Virus record (IMG/VR): IMGVR_UViG_3300031216_000012
Span: 1,845 to 65,844 of that record
DNA: 64,000 nt
Source of the DNA: a virus
Taxonomy: Duplodnaviria > Caudoviricetes
Direction: 5' to 3' (one strand)
Shown here one piece after another: positions 9,481-18,667 of the stretch. The notes beneath the pieces were generated by a model, which saw nothing but the letters and a program-made list of their open reading frames with translations, searched no databases and had not been told where the DNA came from. The position numbers and the translations under genes were made by a program. Each line of letters starts with the position of its first letter. The stretch's first letter is position 1.

Positions 9481-10023
9481 ATGCCGCAATTTAATTCCGC
9501 AGTAATGACCTGCAGCACCCACCGCCGAGTGGCAACCACTGCTGGCCATATAATTATGTTTGTCCCTAATGAACCGACGTTTGTGCCCGCTCTAGCCGTT
9601 CAAGCGTGCAGGCAGGCAGGAGCCACCGTTGTCAAACAAGCTTCAAACACTTCTCAGTCAATGCCTGCTCCTGGGTCGAAAGGCCGAATCGAAGCAGATG
9701 TAACTATCTACGAGGACGACCTCAACACCAAAATCGAAGATTTTGAATCTTTGGAAGACGTGGATTTTTCTACTGAGGACGAGCCCGTCCCACAGACCAA
9801 GGTGTTTACCGAAACCGAAGAGCGCGTCCGTCAAGGCATTCTCAGCCTGCTGAGCGACTCTTCTCCTGAGCATTGGACCGGCGACAATCGACCGAAGATT
9901 GGTTCGCTCAGCAAGGCGTGTCACGGCGCGTCGGTGACAGGCAAGATCCGCGACCGGGTCTGGAACAAGATGGAAGAGCAAGGCGAGATCCCTGAAAATT
10001 ATGCGTACCTTCTGGGACTGTAA
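9481..10023 (+). CDS. Hypothetical protein in the structural module
   Basis: 180-aa ORF with GAGG RBS. Confidence 0.6.
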   Translation: MPQFNSAVMTCSTHRRVATTAGHIIMFVPNEPTFVPALAVQACRQAGATVVKQASNTSQSMPAPGSKGRIEADVTIYEDDLNTKIEDFESLEDVDFSTEDEPVPQTKVFTETEERVRQGILSLLSDSSPEHWTGDNRPKIGSLSKACHGASVTGKIRDRVWNKMEEQGEIPENYAYLLGL

Positions 10024-10026
10024 ACA

Positions 10027-10722
10027 ATGACCCCTGAAGAGCTCCGCAACAGGTTTCGCCGGGATGTTGATGATTTGGATGAAGACCCGTCCGACCAGTC
10101 AGATCTTCTGTTCACTGACGACGAAGTCAATGAATTTATGGAAGAAGCGTACCAACAATTTGTTGCGGAGACTCTTTATTACCATCGTGTACTTGAACTC
10201 GAGGTTGTTCAGGGAGAGGCGGACATTACTCTCCCGGAAGAGTTCTTGCAGACGCGAGGGGAAAAAGGGTATCTTGTAGACGCCAACTGCAGCGTGTTTA
10301 TGCAGTCGTTGCAACCGCTCTCAAGCATCGTCGATGATTATGGAGTGCGCTCTTTTGCTCCAGGGTTCAACTCGACGGTTTCTGGGACGCCTCGGATATT
10401 TACGCTTGATTTGGAGTTCAACACTCTTCGTTTGTACCCGACCCCTGAAGTCGACGACACGCTGCAGATTCCGATCTATTCGAAGCCTCCTCGAATTGCT
10501 GATTTCGACGCCGGCCCATTTGTCATTACAGACTCAATGCACGTCCGCCATTTGCTGCCGGGCATGAAAGCCTTGGCCTACGCCAAGCAAGACGCCGACG
10601 TGTACGACCGCAATACTGCCGACCGCTATGCCGGCGCGTTCGATCGCAAGATTCTGGATGTGTATTCAGAACGCATGAGACGCCGCCGCAAGCCGCAAGA
10701 GATCCGGTACGGTGGCTTTTAA
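10027..10722 (+). CDS. Head-tail adaptor protein
   Basis: Position plus N-terminal helix (LFTDDEVNEF), LRLYPTP and C-terminal KALAYAKQDA, typical of adaptor proteins. Confidence 0.65.
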   Translation: MTPEELRNRFRRDVDDLDEDPSDQSDLLFTDDEVNEFMEEAYQQFVAETLYYHRVLELEVVQGEADITLPEEFLQTRGEKGYLVDANCSVFMQSLQPLSSIVDDYGVRSFAPGFNSTVSGTPRIFTLDLEFNTLRLYPTPEVDDTLQIPIYSKPPRIADFDAGPFVITDSMHVRHLLPGMKALAYAKQDADVYDRNTADRYAGAFDRKILDVYSERMRRRRKPQEIRYGGF

Positions 10723-12001
10723 GAGCCGCACAAAAGCGTTTGACGGTTTCTCTGACGGCGTCAATAACGTATATCGCGAGGAGTCTGTTCCAGACTCGGC
10801 GCTGCGCTCAGCCAAAAACATTGATTTACTGTCGGGCGGGAAAATACGCCGTCGGCAGGGTTTTCTGCGGCGCTCTTCGCTGACGGACGCCCGCTCGGCA
10901 GTCTTTTTTGCAGGCGACATTTATTTGGCAGACCAGGGAGATCTAAAGAGAGTATCTCTTGTAGACTTTTCTGAAGAACCAGTCGCGAACGTAGACGCCA
11001 ATGCGTTTTTGTCGTTTGCAGAGATCAACGGTCAGCTCTATATCACTGACGGGGTCAACGCGGCGTATAAGATTGCTGCTGACGGCGCGGCTACAGCCTG
11101 GGCGGTTGAGCAGCCAGCATTCCCTCCTGCCCTGGCCGCAGCTTCTCTTGGAGGGTTGCCCGCAGCAACGTACCAGGTAAATGTGACGTATTTTCGCGGG
11201 CGCGAAGAGTCGGGCACCGGGCCTTCTTCTTCAGTGACGCTGACTCAAGAAGGCGGAATCGAACTGACCGACATCCCAGTCCCTCTGTCGGCCCAAGTCA
11301 CGGCTGTTCGAATCTACGTCTCGACGCCGAGCGGCGAGCTCATGTACGCGCACCGGGACGTTGCTCCTGGCACGACGTCGGCGGTCATCGCAGCTTTGCC
11401 GTCAGGCAAAGCGCTGGAAACTCAGTTTTTAGAGCCTGTGCCTGCAGGGCACATTATTCGCGGGTTCAATGGAAGGTCGTACTCGGCTGTTGACAACGTG
11501 ATGTATTATTCTCAAGCGATGCGGCCGGCGCTGTTAGATGCGGCGCACGACTACATCGATTTTGAATCCCGGATTCGAATGATCCGCCCAGTAGAAGGAG
11601 GCGTATTTGTTTCGACTGAAAAACGGGTGGTATTTCTTGCCGGGGAAGATCCAGAGAATTTCCAACTTTCAGTAGCTCATACCTCCCCCGCAGTGGAAGG
11701 TTCTGACATTATGGCCCCGGCAAAGATGTTTTCTTTTGAGAACATGTCGACAGGTGAAGTCGCGGTTTGGTGGGCGGCATCCGGTATCATGGTCATTGGT
11801 TTTCCGAACGGGCAAGTCGTGCCTGTTCGGGAAGGAGAGCTGGCACTTCCCGAATACGCTCGCGGAGATGTTATGATCCGAGAGGAAAACGGAGTGCGCC
11901 AGCTTGTATCTGTGTTGCAGCGGCCCAAAACGCCTACGGCGGGCTTGGCCATGCAGGACGAAGCAACGGTGACAGTCCACCGACGAGGCATTGAACTTTA
12001 G
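10712..12001 (+). CDS. Tail nozzle/tubular protein
   Basis: F-x-x-GVNN...AKNIDL...G-x-I-RRRQG N-terminus typical of podovirus nozzle/stabilisation proteins; beta-rich. Confidence 0.6.
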   Translation: MAFKSRTKAFDGFSDGVNNVYREESVPDSALRSAKNIDLLSGGKIRRRQGFLRRSSLTDARSAVFFAGDIYLADQGDLKRVSLVDFSEEPVANVDANAFLSFAEINGQLYITDGVNAAYKIAADGAATAWAVEQPAFPPALAAASLGGLPAATYQVNVTYFRGREESGTGPSSSVTLTQEGGIELTDIPVPLSAQVTAVRIYVSTPSGELMYAHRDVAPGTTSAVIAALPSGKALETQFLEPVPAGHIIRGFNGRSYSAVDNVMYYSQAMRPALLDAAHDYIDFESRIRMIRPVEGGVFVSTEKRVVFLAGEDPENFQLSVAHTSPAVEGSDIMAPAKMFSFENMSTGEVAVWWAASGIMVIGFPNGQVVPVREGELALPEYARGDVMIREENGVRQLVSVLQRPKTPTAGLAMQDEATVTVHRRGIEL

Positions 12002-12010
12002 GAGATCATC

Positions 12011-12592
12011 ATGAAAAGTCAACTGAGACGGGAGCTGAACCGCGAGCTTCGGGATTTTAATTATGAGAACACGGATGAAGGACTTCTGTTTCCACGACAG
12101 GGTCTCCAGATTTGCGGCGTGTTCGAAGTGGAAAACTTGACCCAAGGCGGCAAGTCTGTCGCAGCCAACCTGGTTGTGAACCAAGGGCTTGATTTTGTCG
12201 TAGGCGTAGCCCTTGGCAGCACGTCTGCTATTGCTACCTGGTATCTGGCGCCGTTTGCCGGCAATGCCACCCCTGCAACTGGCTGGACAGCCTCGAACTT
12301 CGATTCGAACTCGACGGAGTTTACCAACTACACGGAAGGCACTCGTCAGGCGTTTAGCCCAGGCTCTGTAGCGTCAGGCGCGATCGGCAACCTGAGCTCG
12401 CGAGCAGAAATCACCATTGGCAGCAGCGCACAAGATACGATCTACGGCGTCGGAGTAATCAGCTCCAGCGGCAAAGAGGCGACTTCTGGCGTGCTGTTCT
12501 CTGCCGCCCGGTTGAGCTCGGCCCGAACCGGCCTGCTTGAAGACGACGTCATTGCTTTGGGCTACACGCTGCAGGCGTCGGATGCCAGCTGA
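12011..12592 (+). CDS. Virion structural protein
   Basis: NLVVNQGLD...WYLAPF...LFSAARL pattern; AGGAG RBS. Confidence 0.55.
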   Translation: MKSQLRRELNRELRDFNYENTDEGLLFPRQGLQICGVFEVENLTQGGKSVAANLVVNQGLDFVVGVALGSTSAIATWYLAPFAGNATPATGWTASNFDSNSTEFTNYTEGTRQAFSPGSVASGAIGNLSSRAEITIGSSAQDTIYGVGVISSSGKEATSGVLFSAARLSSARTGLLEDDVIALGYTLQASDAS

Positions 12593-14916
12593 TGAGATAC
12601 ACCGGCCCTGCCCGGTTTAGGTTTTCGGGAGATATAGGCCGAGCCCAACGGTACACGGCACAGGCACGGACTCTAGTTGCGCAGCTGTTCGCTTCTAGTT
12701 CCGTGCCTTTGTCTACCGTCTCAAGAACGTTCGAAGATGGGACAGTGATCGCTGCCCGCTATTTTGGTCAGCCTGCAATCATCGACCGGAACTGGGCAGA
12801 TGACCCTACGGCTATGGTCTATTCTGGCCAAATGGTCGTTTCGGTCGAGATTTACTCGCCTCCTGTTGCTGTTTCGATTCCCGAGTTCACCGGTTTTGTT
12901 TTGGAGCACCCGAATGCAGCAGCGTTCGACAGCGAGGTATACGGGGTGTTCTTTGATTCTACTCGCACTCTCAATGTAACGTCTGCGTCTAGCGACCTGG
13001 ACGCCGCCCTGTCTCTACTTGATTTTTTTCCAGGGTCTCCCACGTTTGCCGACGAATATCCAGAAGGGCTTTATGATGACGTAGCCAGCTTGGAACACGT
13101 TGACTGGCACAATACCGACCACTCGATTTGTTTGACCGTAGCGGCCGTGACGGGGGACCGACGCCTTCCTCGATACCACAGCGTGCCGGTCGACAGGAAG
13201 ATCTACCGAGACGGCGAAGTGTTTGTCAACGTCCCGTTGGGGGGAGTGCTTCGTGGTTGGGGTATTCGTTCTGGCGAACCGGACGTGTTGGTAGTAATAA
13301 TGCAGTCGGCAGACGTTCTCGCGGCATTCCAATGTCCAACGACTCTCGACATGACTGTAGTTGAAAATTGGATACTTATCAGCAGCTATGTCAAGAACTC
13401 AGTGCAGGTGCTTGATGGATGTTTTCTTTTTTCTACTGACGGTTCGCAGGCAGTAACTTCTTTGTGGAGCAGCTTTGATGACTGGCAAGAGATTCTGTTC
13501 AAAGACAACGCTTTTGAAGTTGGACCAAGTCGCTACAATCCGTTCCAGTTATTCCAGGCACAGCGAGAAGTCTATGATAATTACGACCCTGTGTTCGATC
13601 CTGCCTTTGGAGACCAAGAGAATTTTCAGTTGTATTCGACCGGCGGGAACTTGATCGAACAAGAATTCCTCGATCGTCCCCCAGGATCAAATCCAGGCGT
13701 TGGAGCTCCTGACGACTACACCAACCCAATCGTTACTCCATTCGAAGTGTATCGCCGCGGAGAGTTCAATTATGTTCCTGAGTTGGAGATCGATGATTTT
13801 GACTACTACAGCAAAAAACTTCTGGCGGTGGACTTCATAACAGGGACAACGACACTCAGCCGCTTGGAAGTGGATTACAGCGACTACCTTCTTGAATGCG
13901 GATACCAGGCAGACCATTCGGGAACCGGAACTGTTACGGATACCTACTCTGGCGCCGGCCCGTTTGAAGGGTTGGTATCTACGCGAACCCAGCAAACAGT
14001 GAATGGCAGCGGCGAGGTTTTGGGGAGGCTTCAGGAAGGAAACATTCTGATTAACGACGTGTCGGCCGGCTGGGTGCTGGACGTAGATTCTGTTTTTTCC
14101 CATACAATATTTACCGAATTTGACAGGACACAGTTCTACCCCGGAAACTTGACTGGGAATGGAACAGGTGCTGGGTTGGCAGAGAACCTGACGTTGCGGA
14201 AAGGGCGCACAGTAATTGCTTCCGACCTCAGACACAACTACGTCGCTGTTGTAGAGATGGACCAGAGGTTCGAATACCGCATCAGCGAGGATCTGGTTTG
14301 GACGGCAGGCACTTCGACAGCGACCAGCACCTTGGACGCTGACCGGACATTGACTCCCAACGGGACGTACCAGCGCCTGCGGTTGATTGAGCTGAAGAAT
14401 GAGACTGAGAACGTAGTCAGCGAACTATCTCTCCCGACCCGGTACAACAACATCGGACTTGACGACTCTATTCAATCCAGCACGGAGGAGTTTACAGGAG
14501 CGTTTGGAGGAGAACCATCGTTTTTGGTCTCCGGGTTTGGCCCTCACTTCTTCTTCTCAGGACTGCGCCAGCTGGTGCCCTACCCTACGGGGCTGCTGGG
14601 GGACACCTTTCCAGGATGGAAAAGTGGCGCGTCGGAGACACTTCGAGCCCAAAACTTTACTCTTTACGAAAAGCCGTATAATCGATTTGGCTATTTTCGT
14701 GAAGGGGCTATGCGGATCATGTACCCGCTCCAATCGCAGAAAGTAGCGTCTATGGCTTCGCGCCGCGGCGCCCAAGCGGTGGCGTTCTACGGAAACTTGT
14801 ATAATGGCGAAGGCGAGGTCAAAGAACTGGTGTTGGACGGCCGCACGCTGTCAACGTTTTTCCGTGACGGTGCCGAGGACTTGTATGATGATCTCCCCCC
14901 AATAGGAGTAGTGTGA
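12592..14916 (+). CDS. Large putative tail protein
   Basis: 774 aa, acidic and beta-rich, coupled to its neighbours. Confidence 0.55.
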   Translation: MRYTGPARFRFSGDIGRAQRYTAQARTLVAQLFASSSVPLSTVSRTFEDGTVIAARYFGQPAIIDRNWADDPTAMVYSGQMVVSVEIYSPPVAVSIPEFTGFVLEHPNAAAFDSEVYGVFFDSTRTLNVTSASSDLDAALSLLDFFPGSPTFADEYPEGLYDDVASLEHVDWHNTDHSICLTVAAVTGDRRLPRYHSVPVDRKIYRDGEVFVNVPLGGVLRGWGIRSGEPDVLVVIMQSADVLAAFQCPTTLDMTVVENWILISSYVKNSVQVLDGCFLFSTDGSQAVTSLWSSFDDWQEILFKDNAFEVGPSRYNPFQLFQAQREVYDNYDPVFDPAFGDQENFQLYSTGGNLIEQEFLDRPPGSNPGVGAPDDYTNPIVTPFEVYRRGEFNYVPELEIDDFDYYSKKLLAVDFITGTTTLSRLEVDYSDYLLECGYQADHSGTGTVTDTYSGAGPFEGLVSTRTQQTVNGSGEVLGRLQEGNILINDVSAGWVLDVDSVFSHTIFTEFDRTQFYPGNLTGNGTGAGLAENLTLRKGRTVIASDLRHNYVAVVEMDQRFEYRISEDLVWTAGTSTATSTLDADRTLTPNGTYQRLRLIELKNETENVVSELSLPTRYNNIGLDDSIQSSTEEFTGAFGGEPSFLVSGFGPHFFFSGLRQLVPYPTGLLGDTFPGWKSGASETLRAQNFTLYEKPYNRFGYFREGAMRIMYPLQSQKVASMASRRGAQAVAFYGNLYNGEGEVKELVLDGRTLSTFFRDGAEDLYDDLPPIGVV

Positions 14917-15350
14917 TGGCGATTCGAGTAAGCAGCGGCTTAAAAAACCAACTGCTCATTTCATCTTCTGTGCGAGAGGCGTTGGAGTACGGCGTCATCG
15001 ATGTGTACTCAGGCGCTCAGCCTGTTACGGCAGAGACTTCGCCCACAGGGACTTTTTTGGGTCGAATTACGGCCAACGGAGATCCCTGGGTAGAAGGCGC
15101 AGAGGATGCGGGCCTGTTGCTCGCTGGGGTTCCGTCCGCTAACATGCTCATAGCCTACCCTACCCAGACGTGGACATTGAGAGTAGTGGCGTCTGGAATC
15201 GCAGGGTGGTTCAGGTTTCGATCGAATGCGTCGAGCGCGACGTCGTTTGACGGAGAAATATCAGCTCCTTTTGAAGAGCTGTTTATAGGAGATCCGAGCT
15301 TGGTTGTTGGACAAACCCGCGCTATCGAATCTTTTTCCATTACGTTCTAA
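14913..15350 (+). CDS. Virion protein, paralogue of the next gene
   Basis: SSGLKNQLL...GVIDVYSG...GIAGWFRF resembles STGLRQALL...GFIHIYG...GTAQFF in the next ORF. Confidence 0.6.
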   Translation: MMAIRVSSGLKNQLLISSSVREALEYGVIDVYSGAQPVTAETSPTGTFLGRITANGDPWVEGAEDAGLLLAGVPSANMLIAYPTQTWTLRVVASGIAGWFRFRSNASSATSFDGEISAPFEELFIGDPSLVVGQTRAIESFSITF

Positions 15351-15363
15351 AGAGGATACGACA

Positions 15364-15843
15364 ATGCTTCAATTTTCGACCGGACTACGACAAGCACTGC
15401 TGACCACTGGGGATTTCAAAGCCCAGATGGACGGCGGATTTATTCACATCTACGGTTGGGGCACAGCCTCTGCAATTCCCGGCCGAGACGACGCGATCGA
15501 CACGACTCCGACCACTGGAGATTATATCCTGTTGGCAACGATCTCTGCGTCGGGCGGAACGAACGTGACAGGGCTGAACTTTGCTGAGCCCGTCGATGGC
15601 GTTGTCTCGAAAGACGCAGGGCAGACGTGGAATAACTCGACCACTGAAAACCTGGCAACGGGCACCGCACAATTCTTCGTCCATCACGCGACTGAGCACG
15701 ACGGCGACGACATCGGTAGCGCGGCGGCAGAAAACCGGATTATTGGCACGATTGGGCTGGTCGGCGCAGACATGAATCTGGTGAGTACGACGCTGACGGA
15801 GAATCAGGTGCAGGCAATCACCTACTACAACCTGACGTTCTGA
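15364..15843 (+). CDS. Virion protein, paralogue of the preceding gene
   Basis: ATG at 15364 after GAGGA; shares motifs with 14913..15350. Confidence 0.6.
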   Translation: MLQFSTGLRQALLTTGDFKAQMDGGFIHIYGWGTASAIPGRDDAIDTTPTTGDYILLATISASGGTNVTGLNFAEPVDGVVSKDAGQTWNNSTTENLATGTAQFFVHHATEHDGDDIGSAAAENRIIGTIGLVGADMNLVSTTLTENQVQAITYYNLTF

Positions 15844-16148
15844 TGACTCTGCTCAGCGCCAATACGGTCATTGTAAAAGTCCCAAACACGGTGTTTGTGC
15901 CCGCCCAGTATGAAGTAGCAGAAACTCAGGTGTGTTCGATGGTTGGCGGGCCTGGGCCGGGAGACGATGAGGGCGACTGTTTTCGCTGGGTAACGATCAT
16001 AATCAGCTGGCTGAACCCTGAAACGCTTCAGCCGTCCGGTCGGCCCAGCACCGAGATAGAGCGGTTCTTACCATGCGTCGTCGCTCCCGCAGGAGTTTTG
16101 CTTTCGTACCAGTTTGACCCGCCTGGGCTTGTAGGGGAAATTACGTGA
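15843..16148 (+). CDS. Hypothetical tail-module protein
   Basis: Coupled by TGATG and GTGA overlaps. Confidence 0.5.
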   Translation: MTLLSANTVIVKVPNTVFVPAQYEVAETQVCSMVGGPGPGDDEGDCFRWVTIIISWLNPETLQPSGRPSTEIERFLPCVVAPAGVLLSYQFDPPGLVGEIT

Positions 16149-16537
16149 CAGAGCAAGTATGCTTCGACTACACGATCCGTCGCCTGATACCGGGGACTGG
16201 TGTATTTACGACGGTCCCGGACGATAATTGGGAAGCCTACGGAATCTCGGCGCTACCTGTAGACCCGGCTGAGCACTGGGAGTATTCATTTATCCCTCGC
16301 CGGAACTCTATATTTAAAACCGGTTTGTTCGACGAAGCGTTAGACCCGGCCCCCCGAGTTAGCACGTACGTTTTTGGAATAGAGTTTTCATTGTTTCGCT
16401 TGTACCCTCTTTTGAACGGAGTGCGAGCGGGCAGCGCTATTTCTTGGACGGACGGCCAAGTGGTGGAGATGCGAGCAACCCCATTTGAGTATTTTATTTC
16501 GGTGAATGGGATCGAACGATGGTCAGCGCAGAGGTAG
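16145..16537 (+). CDS. Hypothetical tail-module protein
   Basis: GTG start overlaps the previous stop; aromatic, beta-rich. Confidence 0.5.
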   Translation: MTEQVCFDYTIRRLIPGTGVFTTVPDDNWEAYGISALPVDPAEHWEYSFIPRRNSIFKTGLFDEALDPAPRVSTYVFGIEFSLFRLYPLLNGVRAGSAISWTDGQVVEMRATPFEYFISVNGIERWSAQR

Positions 16538-16544
16538 ATAGAGC

Positions 16545-17078
16545 ATGACTGATATTATCGACTTAATTGCTACGGAAGAAATAGCCTTAGTCACGGGAGT
16601 AGGTGGGGGTTCCGCAACAATAACGTTCGGCGGGGGAACGGTTAGCTTTTCTAGTCCTGTGAGTGATGGGTTTACCGGGGCGGTCGGATTCCTGATAGGG
16701 AGTAGCGCTTACGAAGATCGGACCATCGAAAAAGTGGTTTGGAGGCTTTCCTCGGTTTCTACGTCCGCCGGATACGACTGGGATGCCACGTCAACGTCTG
16801 ATGGTTCAGTGGGCATAATTCCAGGTAGTAATTGGCCGACTCCTCTTGATACTCCGGTAGCTATAGCAGGGTCAGTCATTTCCACAGGAGACCGTGAGAT
16901 TGTTATGGCAGGCACTTTTTTAGCCGTGCCCGGCCTTTGGCTTCTTGGGTTAGGGCCAGATACAGGCGTAGATACAGACTCAGGCTTCGTCATCAGTAAG
17001 TTCGAACTCCACCTTGTGTCTGAAGATTCTGATTTGTTCTGGGCAGTCCGCAGAGGAGCGTTGGAGATCGATTTATGA
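16545..17078 (+). CDS. Hypothetical tail-module protein with atypical codon usage
   Basis: 177 aa, Gly/Ser/Thr-rich; more A/T-ending codons than its neighbours by eye. Confidence 0.55.
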   Translation: MTDIIDLIATEEIALVTGVGGGSATITFGGGTVSFSSPVSDGFTGAVGFLIGSSAYEDRTIEKVVWRLSSVSTSAGYDWDATSTSDGSVGIIPGSNWPTPLDTPVAIAGSVISTGDREIVMAGTFLAVPGLWLLGLGPDTGVDTDSGFVISKFELHLVSEDSDLFWAVRRGALEIDL

Positions 17079-18667
17079 GCAACATCGGAATCAACATCTG
17101 GACGACCGGCCCCGCGCTTGAGCAGCCAGAGCTGCTGGCGGGCGCGATCACCAACGATGTCCGCAACACGACAGTTCAAATCCCAGTCCAGCTTTTTTCC
17201 GGTGATTCGGCGGGAGGTCACGTTGACGTTGTCGTTGCCCCTACTCTGGACGCCGGTGAATACAACTCAGGGGGCGTAGATGCTTCCCGTCCAATGCTGC
17301 TCAGCGGCGGAGACGCAGAGAACGGGGTGTTCGGTACGTTTCCCCCGTTCAGGCTTTTTGCCGGTTCTGAAGCACCCCCGATCGAAGCTGGCGTTCAGGC
17401 AATTGCATCTCCTACGGCGACCATCTACGGATACACCTGGAACATTGGAGGGGTCGACACAGAAACAGGCACCCTCTCGCGCATAGGGGATCTCCCTGGC
17501 GCGGTGATGGAGGGAGAGTTTCCGCCTTTCACGTTGTCAGCGCTTTTATTCGACGGCGCTTTTGGGATAGGAACCATTGAGCTTCCGTTGTTCGGAGTCG
17601 AAAATGGATTTGTTCTGGCGCAAGACACATTGAACTTGTCGTCTTCGGTGGATTCAGAGCTTGTCGTTCTGATCCGCGAAGCCCTGGCGCTGAATGCGAC
17701 GGAAGACACCACAGGCTCATACCAACTCGTAACGGGGTCGGACACGCTGCTTGTGCGGGCGATTCTGAACGTCCCGTACATGGTACAGCTGGTTGATCAG
17801 TTAGGACTGGCTGGAACCCAAGAGGTTACAGCTGAAAAGCTGATTACTTTGATCGACACTCTGGGGCTCACTGCGTTGGAAGACACGGAAGCCAGCACGC
17901 TGACAGTCACACTTGCGGCCGCGCTGGCTTTGAATAGCGCGTCAACGACCGCGTTGAATCTGACGTTGAGCGACGCTTTGGGCCTTATAGGCGAAAACTC
18001 CAACCTGCTCAGACAGAACGCTGATCTGATCGACGCTTTGGCATTGACGGCGGTGGACAACACCGCCTTGTTTGCAACGGATGACGTTCTCGACACCCTG
18101 GGGCTCGATGATACTGCCTCCACCGGGGCAGTGCTTCAGGTACTTGTCGAAGAGGGCATGGGCTTTTTTGTGTCTGTGCGTGTCGGAGAAGACGTTATCC
18201 ATGGGTGGGTCGTCAACACGGAGCTGCAGGCGTTTTCAGAATATGAAAACTTCCCCTTCAACAGCCTGGTTTCAGCCAACGGCCGCTACTTTGGTGTGGC
18301 TGCGGACGGCCTATATGAGCTGACTGGCGACACGGACGAAGGCAGCGACATCGCCGCTTCGTTCCGAACAGGACTGACCGACCTGGGGACTCATAGCCTA
18401 AAGAATATCAAGGCTGCGTATATTGGGTATACTGCGGATGATAAGCTGGTATTGAAGGTCTCCACCACAGCGAAAGGGCAGAAGGAAGAGTGGTGGTACG
18501 AACTCAAGCAGTCAGACGCGGCATCCCTGCGCGACGGCCGGTTCCGAGTAGGGCAGGGATTGCGAGCCAAGTATTGGCAGTTTGAAGTGGCAAACACAAA
18601 CGGTGCGGACTTTGAAGTCGACGATCTTCAGTTCATGTACCAAATTCTTTCTAGGAGAATTCGATGA
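17075..18667 (+). CDS. Tail/virion protein
   Basis: 530 aa with degenerate D-x-L-x-L repeats and a C-terminal WVVNTE...YENFPFNS...YWQFEV region. Confidence 0.6.
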   Translation: MSNIGINIWTTGPALEQPELLAGAITNDVRNTTVQIPVQLFSGDSAGGHVDVVVAPTLDAGEYNSGGVDASRPMLLSGGDAENGVFGTFPPFRLFAGSEAPPIEAGVQAIASPTATIYGYTWNIGGVDTETGTLSRIGDLPGAVMEGEFPPFTLSALLFDGAFGIGTIELPLFGVENGFVLAQDTLNLSSSVDSELVVLIREALALNATEDTTGSYQLVTGSDTLLVRAILNVPYMVQLVDQLGLAGTQEVTAEKLITLIDTLGLTALEDTEASTLTVTLAAALALNSASTTALNLTLSDALGLIGENSNLLRQNADLIDALALTAVDNTALFATDDVLDTLGLDDTASTGAVLQVLVEEGMGFFVSVRVGEDVIHGWVVNTELQAFSEYENFPFNSLVSANGRYFGVAADGLYELTGDTDEGSDIAASFRTGLTDLGTHSLKNIKAAYIGYTADDKLVLKVSTTAKGQKEEWWYELKQSDAASLRDGRFRVGQGLRAKYWQFEVANTNGADFEVDDLQFMYQILSRRIR

